Source: Vicugna vicugna (lineage: Eukaryota). Taken from it: 64,000 bases of DNA. The position numbers were made by a program, and so were the translations under genes. Below are positions 41,685 to 55,325 of this stretch, in pieces (position 1 is the first letter of the stretch; every line of letters begins with the position of its first letter). The stretch covers positions 3,513,003 to 3,577,002 of the forward strand of contig MU058065.1 in the NCBI GenBank assembly GCA_013265495.1, in the 5' to 3' direction. The notes below the pieces were generated by a model. It saw only the letters and a program-made list of their open reading frames with translations, was not told the DNA's origin and made no database searches.

Positions 41685-44600
41685 GTATAGACCTTCACAT
41701 CTTCAATTTGGAAGTGTTAATTTATTTCCTAGTGCCACATCTCTGTTTATGGTGATTCCCATTATTAGAGTTCTGCTGGCAACTTCTGGTTCTGCAGCAA
41801 AGCCTGTGATGGGTGTCCACAGCCTTTCTTCATTCACCTAAGATTGGCTGTGCTCACGAGGTGGAACACGCCTAGGAGACAACTGAAGCGATGAAATAGA
41901 TGGTCCTTTCCATGCAAATGTGCATTTTCAATTTTGTGGAGTGTTGGTGAAGTCAGCTCAAAATTTCACGTTTAAGAAATCTTTCTCAAATGATAATGTG
42001 TTAGGAACTACTGAGATCAGTGAAAATTAGTGCTTGTTCTATTTAAAAGTATGAAGAAATGTAAAGAACTTTAGTCCCAAAAGAGTCATTTGGTAAGTGA
42101 GATGCTAAGGCACTTGTGCCTAAAATACCAACCAATTTAAGCAAAAGTATTATTTTTCCTTATAACTTTGTAATCACTCCATTTCTTCTACTTCAATTTC
42201 TGGGGTATTATATCTGGCCTAAGTCTAGAGCAAGTCCCTCTTTCTTTTCATAATAATTTTTTCCAAGTTTCTGTGGTGCCAGTATTTCCTATACAAGTTG
42301 TTACAATGTTAATTAACGTGCATAGAATTTTTAGTTGTGCTTATAATTATTTTGATTTTTTCCAAGTTTAAGAGAGTGCTAGTCGTGTCATCTTTTAGGG
42401 ACAAGGAAAGTTTCACATGCTGGCTAACGTGTTGAATTGACTCAAGGGTGTTTGCAAATTCTCATAAAAATACCCAGGCTTTACAGGGGTTACCTCTCAA
42501 TACTGGAACTACTTCCATTACTATAAAAGTAACACATGTTCATAGCAAAAACTAAAATCTTTAAAGTAGAATTTTACAAATTGTTTGAATTGCATTCCTT
42601 TTGAGGCTCATGAGCCTAAGGAACATGCACATGGAAGAACCAGACCCATGAGATGCCAACCTAGAACGTGTTCCAGGTTCCCAAGATGTTTCTTTAAGGT
42701 TAGAAAACAAAGCAAACTGGATTTCTGTACTTATCATGAGGTTCTCTGCCCTATCCATGACCTGTATGTCTCTGTTATCACAGTTTCTAAAATGGGCTTT
42801 GCTCATAGGCTGAGGAAGTAGCTACCCCTGAGGGTTGGCTTCTGTGGAACTGAGGAAGAAACCCCATGTCCCCATGAAAGACGCCAGGTAGTTTACAGTC
42901 ATGAGTACTGGTTGACTGGTCTGCTGCTGCTATTTGGGGGGTAGACTGGGCTGTCATTGCTGTTGTCTGGGGATGTTTACACTGTGTGCATGGCAGGAAA
43001 GGCAGATGTAGACAGGGTATCTTTCTCGTGTGCTTTCCATTTAGGGACTCTGTGGTTTTACCAGCGGTTCATGAAGAAAAGTGAATTTACAGTGAGCCCT
43101 TACTGGCGAGGATTCCCTCCAAATCTTTGCAAAGGGCCCCCAGAATGTATCACGTTGTCAAGTGATTTTGTAAAATGTGCAAAAGTAAGCTAGTTTCTTC
43201 TCCTCCTCCCTCTCCCCTCCCCCTCTCTTTTCTCATTCTTCTTCTGCTTCTTCTCCTCCTCCTTCTAATTCTAGTTCTAATTCTAATTCTTTCTTCTAAT
43301 TCTTCTTCTAAAGGAACTCTGTTCCCTCAAAATATAAAAGCCTCAGAACCCATGAAATATGAATCTGCTTCTGGTTCTGTATTTTCAGGCTCAGGCTTAC
43401 TTAAACCTTTTTGGAAGGGGAGAAGAAAAACATCCTTGTTGGTAGATATGTAGGATTCTGGAAGTTGAGAGTGAATCTTCCCTAAGACCTAAGACTGAAG
43501 AAGACATTGTGGAAAGTAAAGATTTTTCTGAGGGAAAGGAGCATGAAGCTTAGAGAGGAATGACCCTGTTGGTGTCTTCCTGTACGGAAAAAAAAAATCA
43601 GGAAGTTTGAAAAAAAGAGGGGCAATTATCTTTAGTTGATCAGAGAAGAACCTCATATACTCATTTTTATTTTCTGTTTAAAGTGAAAGGCTTACTTTAA
43701 TGCCTCTTGAATTTAATATTGGCTCATAAAGTTTGGTGCTGCATTATCTGCTATGATCATGATGACAATATGGTCATAATGATAAAGATAAAAACACCTA
43801 TGTTACGTGAATGTTACCATTTACAAAACACTTTCATGTATTTTCGCTCGTTGGTAACTACTGAAGCCAAGAAACAGTCGCTCTACTTATGGCCTCTGGA
43901 TGCCTCCAAAATTGACTGGAATCCTGTGAAAGACTGAGGGAGAATGGTCTTTATGCTCCTCTTAATTATTCCTTCCTTATTTTGTAATAAAGCCATGACA
44001 CCATCAGTCAGTTTCTCTTCTTTTGTGAATTCTTCAGCATCATGTCAGTCAAAATAACCATTGAAATTTCTGACACACAAAACCATTTCTCTTCAAATGG
44101 CTTCTAATTTTTTGCTTGCAAAACTATTCAACTGGCAAGCAAAGAACCATATTCCCTTAAAAACCTGTTCTTAGTAAGGCAATGTTGGCATTTGTTGGAT
44201 TTGTCTGTATAAACTTACTAGTTGCTTTGCTGACCTCTGACTGTTTGACCCTTTAAATGAAAACGCACCACTGGGACATACAACTAAATTTATCCACATT
44301 CGAGGAAGTGGTCAATCAGAGAAATGTGTGGTTGCAGAAAAGTTGACCTGAATGCTTAGTCAATTATTCCATTAAGAAGGAAATGTGCTGATGGGATGGA
44401 AAAGATGAAGTTCTCCTGCAGTACAGAGAAAGGTAGGATATTTAGGATTGGGAAGTTCAGGGAAGGATTTGTGGAACTGGGTTTTGAGACCTGACATTGT
44501 ATAAAGATGGGCAGAAAGGGCATTCTAGGTGGAACAGACAGTGAATTAAGGTGGAAAAATCAGGATATGACTAATACTTGGTCCATTTGGCAAGCGCATG

Positions 44601-45449
44601 GGATACTGGGAAATTGGTTTGTTTCAGTTCAATGAAAACTCTAAACTCTACTCACTGAACTCTTAGCAGATATTTGTGTACATGTTCAACTTCATGTTAA
44701 TGAATAGTTTCCTACATTTTAAAGTTGATTTACTCAGGAATATATTAATCATTATTTCCTGCAAAAGTTGTTTATTAGTGCTTGGTATTTGGAAATACAT
44801 GTTATTTGAGCAATGAAATTTGTGAATAATACTAAAAAAAAGATGATCTAGAAATCATTTTTATGCATGACTGGGGATTATCTCACTAACTCTGACACCT
44901 AACTGGCTTGCTGAGACTTTGGGCAAGTCTTTTAAACACTCTGAGTGTCAACTTCCTTTTAAAAACAAGAATAATAATATCTAACTCACAGAACTGTTAT
45001 AAAGGTATAATGAGGTATCCAACTTTAAAAATTGGAAATAAAAACAGCACCATATTACGTCAAATATACATAAAATGGTTGAGATGCTAAACATTAATTT
45101 TTCTTTCCCCTCTGAGGCCAATTTGAGCCCAAAGTGCTTGGTCTCATTTCATTAAGTTTTGGATTCAGTGGGTCTGGGAGGAGGACTCTAGTTACATAGT
45201 TGATTGGAAAACAGAAGTCAGTTCACCCACAGACCCACAGAAAGTTATGAGTGTGATAAAGAGGAAAGAACCAGAATTTAGAATTTAGTTTGAGATTTGA
45301 CTCTGCCATTAACAAGCCAGGTGATGATAGAAGTACCACTTCATCCATTTGTTAGAATTATTATTATTTTTATCTGTAAGGTAAAGTGTGGTCTGATGAT
45401 CTTTAAAGTGATTTCTAGCTTTTAAAATTCTATGCTAAGCAGCACATTT

Positions 45450-45583
45450 GTTTTTTATATTTTTTATTGAGCTATAGTCATTGTACAATGTTGTGTCAAA
45501 TTCCAGTGTAGAACACAATTTTTCAGTTATACAGGAACATACATATATTCATTGTCACTTTTTTTTTTTTTTTGCTGTGAGCT
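45450..45583 (-). mobile_element. 5'-truncated young L1 3' end with 14-bp TSD
   Basis: T-rich tail then tttttattgagctatagtcattgtacaatgttgtgtcaaattcc; TSD taagcagcacattt at 45436-45449 and 45584-45597. Confidence 0.8.
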
Positions 45584-48500
45584 TAAGCAGCACATTTAAC
45601 ATAAAACATGACCATCTCTGGCAAGTAGTGGAAAAATATTTTAAACAGTGATATATCCCTAATTCTGCCCCTCTGCAATTTACATTGTTAGTTACCTGGG
45701 ATGTCGTCTTCCTGTGCTTCAGCTGGTTTTCTTCTCTAGCCACTGTCTCTCTTTATGCCCAGTCTTATGCTCAGACGTTTGCACACTGATCCTGATCTGG
45801 CTTATTCTACTAGGAAGAAGGAAATATTTTTAAGGACCCCTTCTTACTTAATTGCATCACAGTGTGAGGATTTGGGAAGAATGGTCAGGAAGGCAACCAC
45901 CTCTGATGCCTCAGGCCTTTGACAAGCTTTTGTTTTTTAAACTGCGGCTTATTTATTGTGAGAGTGGAGAGAGAGATGTGGGAGAGTGGCTTCAGTGCTC
46001 GTTTGAATGAATTACATACCGGGCCTAACATGAATGCAATATGAGTGCATGTCGTTTATCTTGGTCCTCATATATAGAGATGGACAAGTGCTTCTATCTG
46101 TACATTCAAATGTATCTACAAGGGGAGATGAGCAAATTGTCAGCACCCTACATAATCTCAGAACCCAAGTGAAATTTTCACATATCAAAAATACTACCAA
46201 CCAAACAATTTTGTTCTTATTACCAAAACAACAAAGATAAATTCATTTGACTACTTGCTGGAGGAAAGAATTTTATTTACTTTTTAAAAGTGTATCTAAT
46301 CAAGAAAGTTTTTAAAAATTTACGTTTTGTTAATAAAATATGCAGAACAAACAAATGGAAAGAAACCCAGTAAAGGAGTTTGGCAAATCTATCTGTCTCT
46401 ATTCATCCACCCATCCATGCATTCATCCACCCATCCATTTATATAATCTAGTCCCTAATTTAAAACCAATAGCGACTGTTCTGGATTCTGGGACTATCAT
46501 TATTTTTTATTTTTAGACATTGCTCCAATTTTATTTTATAATGTAATATATTTTTATAATGTAAAGTCAAAAATGCAAAACAAAATAAGAAACGTATTTT
46601 GTCCAAGAAACTCTTCTTAGGAATAAATCTGTGACTGGGCGGTGAATACTAGGGCTTGACTTTGCATTAAATTGGCAGCCTATTCTTTAGGTGTTGGCAT
46701 TGTCCTGACATGTTGATGGGGTGAATTCCAGTCAAAATTACTGGCTGGTGTGGGAGGGAAGGATGAGTAGGACTGTCTTTGGTCTGCACCCAGGAGGGTC
46801 CTTAGTTTATTCAACGCTGCCAAGGATCAGGACATATTTTTGGACCCTCACCCCTGACCCTCCCCAGTCCCTCGGAGTAGGCTTTCCTAAGTCAAAAAGA
46901 CTTGTCATCAGAGCCTTTTGGAGAAAGGAGTGCCTGGGATCAGCCCACTGACTCGGAAATCGCTTACTGTGTTATTACTCCTCTTTGCTAGGGAGGAACA
47001 TTGAGCTTCTTCTCTTCTGTTTTCCTCTTTACTTTTCCCCTCCCTTTTACTCTTTCCTACCTAGGACTTCCTTATTCATTTCCCTCCAGCTCTGCAAGAT
47101 AGTTCCTGAAAAGGCAATGTGGAGAGGCAAGGCAACTGCCCAACAATTCATGGAGAAGCTTGCTTTTGAGGGAGTTCTTGATTTTTATTTATTTATATTT
47201 TGGAGTTGGGTGCCTGACCTATTCACATTGACTGTGGACGCTAATCAAAATGAGCAGATAGTAAATTGCTCAACACTATACTTCATTTTGCTGATATAGA
47301 TTCATATCAGTAAACACAAGTGAAGATGAGAATTTGCCTCCAAGCACACATACTCCAAGTTCTTTCCCATGGAAACCAAAACGAATGTTGGCAAAACGGA
47401 GAGGCCAAGTATACTTAATTTCTTTTAGGCAGTTTGCCTGATTTTTGTTCAGCTCAGCCTTCTTATTTAAGCCCTGAGGTATCTGGGTGCACAGAATTTA
47501 TTTACTTCATACCAACCTTAATCATTAATCCCACAGCAGAGACATGTGTCCTGGACCAGGAGGCGCAGAGTATCCAGGCCTATATTTTAGATTTTTAAGG
47601 GAATTGGAAATGGAGCAAGAGCTGAACCTCCCCTTTAAGTGGATACATATATACTGGCTGATTACAGGCAGGATCTTCAGAGGAGGTAGCAGATGGGAGA
47701 TTGGATAACGCTCTTATTTCACAATTTTGGGAAGTTCTACAAACATCTTCAGAGCTTTGGTGATCATTTTTCTCTCTCAGTCTTAGAACATGGGGAGCAG
47801 TTTTCTCATGTTATTTATTTATTTTTTAAAATGCTTGGTGAAGTTGGATACGATGAAGGCGGAAGGATGCAGAGGGCTACGTTTTTGGAGGACATATCAT
47901 ACACGGGGAGCTCTTGTTTGCTTTACAAACTCTTTTTTCCCTTAAAACCAGCCTTTGAAGCAGGTGTTTTAAACCACATTTTACTAATGGAAGAACTGGT
48001 TCAGTGTTAAGCAGCTTGCTCCAAATCAGAGAGGAGGGGCCAGGTGGGCATTTGAAACAGACTGGCTTGTCTCTGAGCTCTCCTTCTACCATGACTCACA
48101 GCCTTGTTTGCCCAGACCTTTGGCATCACTTCTTCTGAGTTCAGTGGTGACTGACTGTTGCTTAGAGGCAAAGAGAAGAAAAGAAAGTTTCAAAAAGCAG
48201 CTGTCCCTATCTAACTAAGGACAGTGACAAGTCACTCGTATCACCTGCTTAGTCACCTTGACTGGTTTGCTAATTCCTCCTGGAGTCCTCTGGTGGGGGA
48301 AGACACTATTCTGGAAACCAGCCTTCCAGACGTGAGCATCATACCTTCGCAGGGTGAAGGAGAGAAACTGCACTCTCTCCTTCATTATTCCTTTCCTCCC
48401 AGCCTCCAGCAAAAAGTCCTCCTTGCACGGTAGGCATCCATGCATGATTTCTGATGACCTTGATGTTGCTACTAATTCATTTGCTGGCGAGAATTAAGCT

Positions 48501-51500
48501 CAGACTTCTCTCTTGCCTCCAGGAAAAGTTTCCTCTTTCATTTGTGCTCAGGTATTACCCCTCTCTATCTTCTAACAAGCAATAATTGACCCAGATAAGA
48601 TTTGGATTTTCAAGACAAGCTTCCTGTGCTGCCCCTTTTCTTCCTTATGGAACCCAGTAGAAAACCAAAAGCAAAGAAACAATCTCGAAATGCCATATGG
48701 GAGGTGTCAGTTAAAGCATATTATTTGATCTCTGTATTAAGGATCACAGGCTCACAGAATCTATGGCTCTGTTGTTTACTAAATAATGTATCTAGGCTTT
48801 TCAGCCTTGAGAAACCATTTAATCTTTCTGTTGCTGCAGGGCAAGGTTGGATTACCTTCTGTTATATACTTCAGCTTGACTCAGTGGAAAGAGCACTGGA
48901 GAGGAAGTTAGTTGATTTAGGTTTTACTTTCTGAGTTTAAGCTCCAAACATTATTCATATTTGTATCCCTGGTGCCGAGGGCAGCGTCAGCCACACCTCA
49001 GGCGTTCGGTGAGTGTTTACCGAAAGATGTGTGATTGGGGCAACCCCACGTACTCTCTCTGAGCTTCAACTAGGGAGTGGCCTCGAGTTTCTTCTGATGA
49101 TTCTGCAATTCTGTAAATGTTTTGCTCTCTATTTCAGGTCTCTTTTGTCATTTATCTTCTTACCTCCTTTGGTAGGTTTCTGGCACAAAAAGTGTAGTAT
49201 TTAACTTTCTACTTAAAACTGCCTTTCTTCTCTTTTTCAAACATCTCCGGTCATGCTAATCCTGACAAAGTTTAGATGTGGCTAAAGCTGTTTAGGTTTT
49301 GTGTGTCCTTGGGTTGTCTTGTCTTAATAAGGGTGGCAAAAGCATTCTTTTGTTTTCTACCCTCTGAAAGACTCTCTATGTAACTTGTCACCTTCTTTAC
49401 ATATTCAGCCTTAGTTTATTTGTTGACTTCTAAATGACCAATGCACACAATAGCAAAAATATTCAATAGGGGAAAATAAAGATTACAACAGGGTGGTTCT
49501 ATGTCTTTGTCAATTGTTCACGAGTCTAATTGTGTCTTATTTAAAGCTCTGTAAATTTGGCTAAGGTTAGGTTTCATAGCCAGAATTCTTAGTAACTGTA
49601 CATAACATAATTTCACATACACCAACTACCATGGAAAATACCACTCATTCTTTATGGTCATGTTTTCACAACTGGTTTACAGGATTGACTGTGGCCAGGA
49701 ATAAAAAAAAAATGTGACGATACTGGCCACAGGTTTTTTTCTTTTTTTTCAACTCCTATCAATGGTTGCACCAACCTACTCCTCAAATAACAATGCTAAT
49801 AAAGTCGTGTATTTGAAATATATGATGTTATACTTGGGCAGCCTCTTTTAGTTCTCATGGTTCAGGTAGGTTACCTCACCCTTGAGACCTTATTTTTTTC
49901 TCATCTGTAAGAAGGGGATGACAATATCAAAGCAGGGTTTTGGTATCGATGAAAGAAAATGCACATAAAGAAAGCAGGGCTTGGCAAGCTATCGGTAAGT
50001 TGGTGAATAGCAGCTTTTCTTATATCATTATTACTGAGTTAATTTTGCCTAGAATGTTGAGGTAACTATCATAAGATGGGCTTTGAGAGGTCCATGCTCT
50101 GCCTCTTGTTAATCAGTTGACACAGAAATGATTTCAGAATTACGTTGCTCTACATGGCAGTGGATGAACCACACTTGGACCAAAAAATGTGGTTTCAATT
50201 CAGATGCAGTAACAAAAAACTAAGCTAAATTTCCTTATAAAGTGGGTGTTTTGCATCATGGTTTTTCTTTCCCCATTTAAAGAAATATTTTTCCAAAGGA
50301 GGAAACGAAGGTGAAAATAAAGTGGCTTGACACAATAATTTCTTAAACTGATATCATTGGTGCTATTAATGGTAAGCAACCTAGAATGAGAGCATTTCTA
50401 ATATTCTGCAATCCTGAATAGATAAGGTATAAATGGAAGAAAGGTATAAATTACCATATGGAACATGATCTTATATTCTATTTCATTGGATTTGTTCTTT
50501 TTTTCCCATTCACAGCGTCTTAGAAATGCATATTTAATCCTGAGACATTAAAAATTCTTTTTCTTTAGAATTGTTTGCTGTGTTCTGATTTTTTCCCCCA
50601 ACTCAATTCCATTGACTATCTATGAGTTGTCACATTTTTAGCAAGAAATAACTATGTCAAGCTGTGCTGACAAAATATCCCAACTTAACTGTTAATAAGC
50701 ATTGTCATTTTAAGCATGAAACAGTTTAGCTAATGATTTATCTCTTACAATGCAGCACTCGGGGCAGCTGTATGATTTGTCTCTTTAGCAAGTCAAGTAA
50801 TTTCTTTAGCAAAATGTTAAGCACAGATGGGCCATAAGCTGTCAGTTAACATTATTGTGTCTGCATCTGCTTGCTTTCAATGCACTGTTTTATGTATTCA
50901 GTCAGTTACTTAGCTGCAGCTCCGTGAAAAGCTGAACCTACTCTGATTGGCAAATAAAATGTTCATTTGTCTCTTCTTCCTATTGTTTTGTTTTGGTAAC
51001 ACATGTCAGCAGCTCAATTACCCAGTTCATTAACAGCTCCCAAAGGACATGATGGCCAGCCCGTGATAAGAGGGCAATTGTGGCCCATATGGTCAATAAT
51101 GGCCTCTCTCTTGGCAATTGTAAATAAAAGTCACTTGGCCCTTTTCCTTTCACAAGAACTACTGTTTTCCTGTTCCCCTTCAGTGTGCAAATTACCTTTC
51201 TTTGCTCCCTGCGATCCAATCCCAGGACACCAGAACCAAGCTTACTGCTTTTAGAGACATGGAGACTTTAGCACCGAGAGAGAGCTCTGGCTCTTAATTT
51301 TAATTATGACTGACTTTTAAGCTCTTGAGGGAGGAAAGTTCTTATCAGGGGAGACTATTCTTAGAAAGCTGTTAGCTGATTAATTAGTTAACTAATCAGT
51401 TTTCCTAATTGAATAGCAACACATTTTTCTGGGGGCCTTCGGGTCTTTTTTTCTTTGAAATGCTCTGGCGGCAGTTACCAAGGAGTTTAAAAAACCATTT

Positions 51501-54411
51501 AAAACAAACAAACAAAAATTGCAAATAGAATCCCTTGCAGGGGTAGGTAGGGTGGGGAAGTGTGACTGGATCTTTGCTGGATGAGAGCGATTCATTGTGA
51601 AAAGGAATTCTTGTTACATACATTGAAGTCGCAAAGGGTTTAAGAAACCACTGGATTAAGCTGGGTGACTGGCAGGGTCCCCAGATCTAGCAGTGATTCC
51701 TTCTTCACTTTATGCCTTTGGAAGGAGGTGCTGGCTGAAAACAGTAGTTTGGGATTTTGTTGGCTCCCTTGAGCAGAATATTATTTGTGTCAGAGGAAGA
51801 GAAGGGACACAGCATGTTTTTACTTAAACACATTAACATATACAGCTCCTAAAAATAATCACCAGCGGGGCTGAAATGAACGAAGGAGAAATAAGCCTTT
51901 CTTTCTAGCTGCGTTGTTACAAAGGGGGCCTTTTACATGACTAACAGTGAGGTAGTGGCTGTTGGGAGAGAATCCCACCCTAAGTAACTTTCCTTGAAGC
52001 AGCATGGATAGAAACCCAGCACACACGTGAAATTCAAAGTTATTGGAACCTTAGGATCCAGGGTGTCTGTTGGCCCAGGCAGCTCAATGCCTTGGAGGCA
52101 GCTTGGCTGTCCTGCCAGCCTCTGCTCGTCAGCTCTTATCTTAAATAAACCCCCAATGGTCCACGTTGTGCATTTAAAGTCACTCCCGGGCCCTGGAGCA
52201 CGCGGGCCCTCCTGGACTGCCCCCGTGGCTGGCCATATTCATAACCAATCTGTACTCTCCTCCCAGGGCAGCAGGGACTCGGGGAGTTGTTGAGTGTCAG
52301 GGTTTATTTGTGCTATTTTGATTAGCACCAACCTGGCAGGAGCTTATTTTCCTTCTAATGACCCCGTGCTGTGAGAAGGCGGCTTCCGAGGGAAGGACTT
52401 GGGTCAGAGGGGAGGGGAATAGCGTTACATTTCTGCAGCCTCCAAATGGGGGGGACTGCTGGGCAGGAACAAGAGGAGGTGAATAGCTGGAGGGTCTTAA
52501 TTAGATTTAGAGTTTTTAAAAGAGCCTTTCCGAGAGAAAGCCCAGAATAGTCTTGCCATAAATGGTCCTGCCTTTTTTTTTTTTTTATTCTCGGGCTGGC
52601 ATATTTGGGAGAGAAGTTGTAGAGGCAATAAAAACAAAACAAGACCCTCTCACCTCCCAGTAAGCCACCGATCAGGTTATAAAACATCTCTCCTAGGATA
52701 TCAATGAACACAGTCGCAATTACTCAAATTCTAGCACTGAGTTATGAATGCTGGGAAGTTCAGTTGATGGCTTGATCATTTGTTAAGTCACACACACTTT
52801 CTAGATATACCTTAGGATTCTGTTGTAAATTTTTGGTTTGTTCCTTTCAGTGGTGTCGCTCTCACTCTCTCTTTTCTTCTCGACATATTCACAATTTAAA
52901 AACATTGAAAAAGTAATGTCGCCGATTACTCCTTAGCTTGTGAATTAATGTGGAAGAGAAGCTTCCAGGTGCTGAAGTGTCTCAACTGGCTTGGATTAAC
53001 CCCTACTGTGCATCCATTTCAACCTCCCCCTCCTCCCTCCCCTGAAAAAAAAAAAAAAACAGCCAACCTCCCCTTTCTCATCCACTCGGCTTCCTTTGTG
53101 TCTGCTGCTCCCCGCCAGGCAGGTGTCAGAGCCCTGAATGAGGGTAAAGGCTCCGTTGATGGATTCCACAGATGGAGCGTGGAAATCGGTAGAATAGGCC
53201 TCGGCCACAGGCCATTTCTTGGGATCCAACAAAAGCCTCCAAATAAGTCAACAAAAATCCCGAAGATCACAAAGGGAAAATGTCATTTGTCATTTACTCG
53301 GGGTCTGTGAGGGACTATCAGACTCCTCCTGGCTTTCCCCCGAGTAAACACGGGAGAGGTCATTCGCATCCCTCTCAGCTTAAAAGGGCCACTTCAGATC
53401 AGAAAACAGTTAGTTGTCCCATTGTCCACTTCATGTTGAATGGCCAAACTCACAAACCCAGGAGACACTCTACAATTAGCCAAGTAAGGGCATCCAACTT
53501 CACGCTGACCCGCTGAAGACCTCGTGGATATAATATACTTCTGAAATACCCTTCCGCTGTCAGACCCAGGATGAAACCACCTCCTGGGGCCCTCAGGAAC
53601 GATTTCTATTTTTATCTTGTTCTTTTATCAGTGGAACACAGCTTTGAGTACCAACGCGGAAAGGCTTAGCTCAGAAAGATCAGTACAGACGGAAGGACCA
53701 TCTGATTGGGTCTGAGGTCATCTTAGAATAAATGACTGATGACCAAGGAAGTTCAGCCTCTAGGCCCGCAGGGAGGGACTCCCCCCACCTCCTCCCGCGC
53801 CTGTAAACCGCATTGTGCTGTATCTGGGGCAAACACAGACTTTAAATGGTTGTCATGTTTTGATTCTTTAATTATTCAAATGAAAAAGTCTTGCTGAGAA
53901 GAAAGACAGTGTGCCAAATGTGTGCTTGTGAATTTTTTCGTTTTTCCATTTGTTGCCTGTCTCCTGTCTCTGAATTATACTGGTCTGGAAACCAATAATT
54001 ATAGAATTCCACGTGACTAAATCCCTATAAAATTGGGGTAAGATCGCATGTATAATAGCGTTAACTAGGATGAAATATTTCCCGAGGCTACAGGAGAGGT
54101 CACGAGGGGTTAACGGACAAAGACATACTCTCTAATTCTGTAATTCCTTCTTTAATTAAACTTCATGGTTGGTCCGCTGGTGGTAATATTTTTACCTTCT
54201 CCTCCCAGTTTGATTTGTTTCCGAAGGAAGACTTTGTAATCCTGTGGGTATGATTGTTGTCTATGCTTGATCTTTTTTTTTTTTAAGCTGAAAAATGTCC
54301 ATTTTCCAAAGGCTGATTTTGTGAGTTAACGTGAAATCACTGGGATAACTAAAAATTTTGCTCCTAAGACCTACAATTTACTTGAGCTAGAAAAAGAAGC
54401 AACAAACTTTC

Positions 54412-54471
54412 TTTTTTTTTTTTTAACATTTTTTATTGATTTATAATCATTTTACAATGTTGTGTCAAATT
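54412..54471 (-). mobile_element. ~60-nt 5'-truncated young L1 3' end with TSD
   Basis: Poly-T then ttttattgatttataatcattttacaatgttgtgtcaaatt, same family as 45450; TSD aacaaactt at 54401-54409 and 54472-54480. Confidence 0.75.
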
Positions 54472-55130
54472 AACAAACTTCTTTTTGAAATAAGAATAAA
54501 GCACAGACTTGAAATGCTCAGTCACTTGGTGAGAAGTGATATTTTCCTGTGATCACTTGGACATTTTTGCTGAAAAACCTTGTGACTATTCCAACAGATT
54601 TCAAGTTATTTATTCCTGCATTTTAGTCTGAAAGGAATTTGAGGTTACTTTACAGCTCTTCATATCCTTTCGCTAAGGCACCTTTAATACCAAAAACGAC
54701 TTTAATAAAGATATAAACTGAGTGGTCAGTTAGGTTGCTCGTGATCCGTAGTAATCTCCAGGCTCACCCTGGATCTTACGACCCACCGTCTGTGATGGTT
54801 CTTAATGGAGACTGCAAATGGTCAGACTATTTTGATTTCTTAGACAAATCCATTCAGTGCTGCAGAAAAGTGATTCGTTTCTTAGTGCTTTCTTGTTGTT
54901 GGAAACTATACCTTGAATATATAAAGCGTTCACATTCAATCAATATTTGTTGAATTAAATTGAAATGGAAAATTGATTTGGTGTGTAATAGCGATTAAAT
55001 TGTTGTACTTGTGTAAATTACATTTCATTCTAAGAAGTTTTGAAAATTTGGGACGAGTGAGAATAGTACGCAAATGGCTTACATTGGAATTCTTGTGTTG
55101 GTCTGTTTCTGATATTCCTCTTCAAAAGGG

Positions 55131-55131
<1 letters not shown>

Positions 55132-55170
<39 letters not shown>
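55132..55170. repeat. (TG)19 microsatellite
   Basis: Perfect dinucleotide run. Confidence 0.95.
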
Positions 55171-55172
<2 letters not shown>

Positions 55173-55199
55173 GGAACTCAACACCTATTTAGGACACTC

Positions 55200-55325
55200 C
55201 AGGCTAGAAGAGAGTCCTCTGAAGTCCCACAGACTTGGGTCAAAACCTAGCTTCCCAGCTGTGTGACCTGAATAACCTCTCTGAGTCTGTTTCCTTTTTC
55301 TGTACAATGGGGTGAGTATTTATTT
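55200..55325 (+). mobile_element. MIR
   Basis: cagacttgggtcaaaacctagc...gctgtgtgacctg...ctctctgagtctgtttcctttttctgtacaatgggg. Confidence 0.65.
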
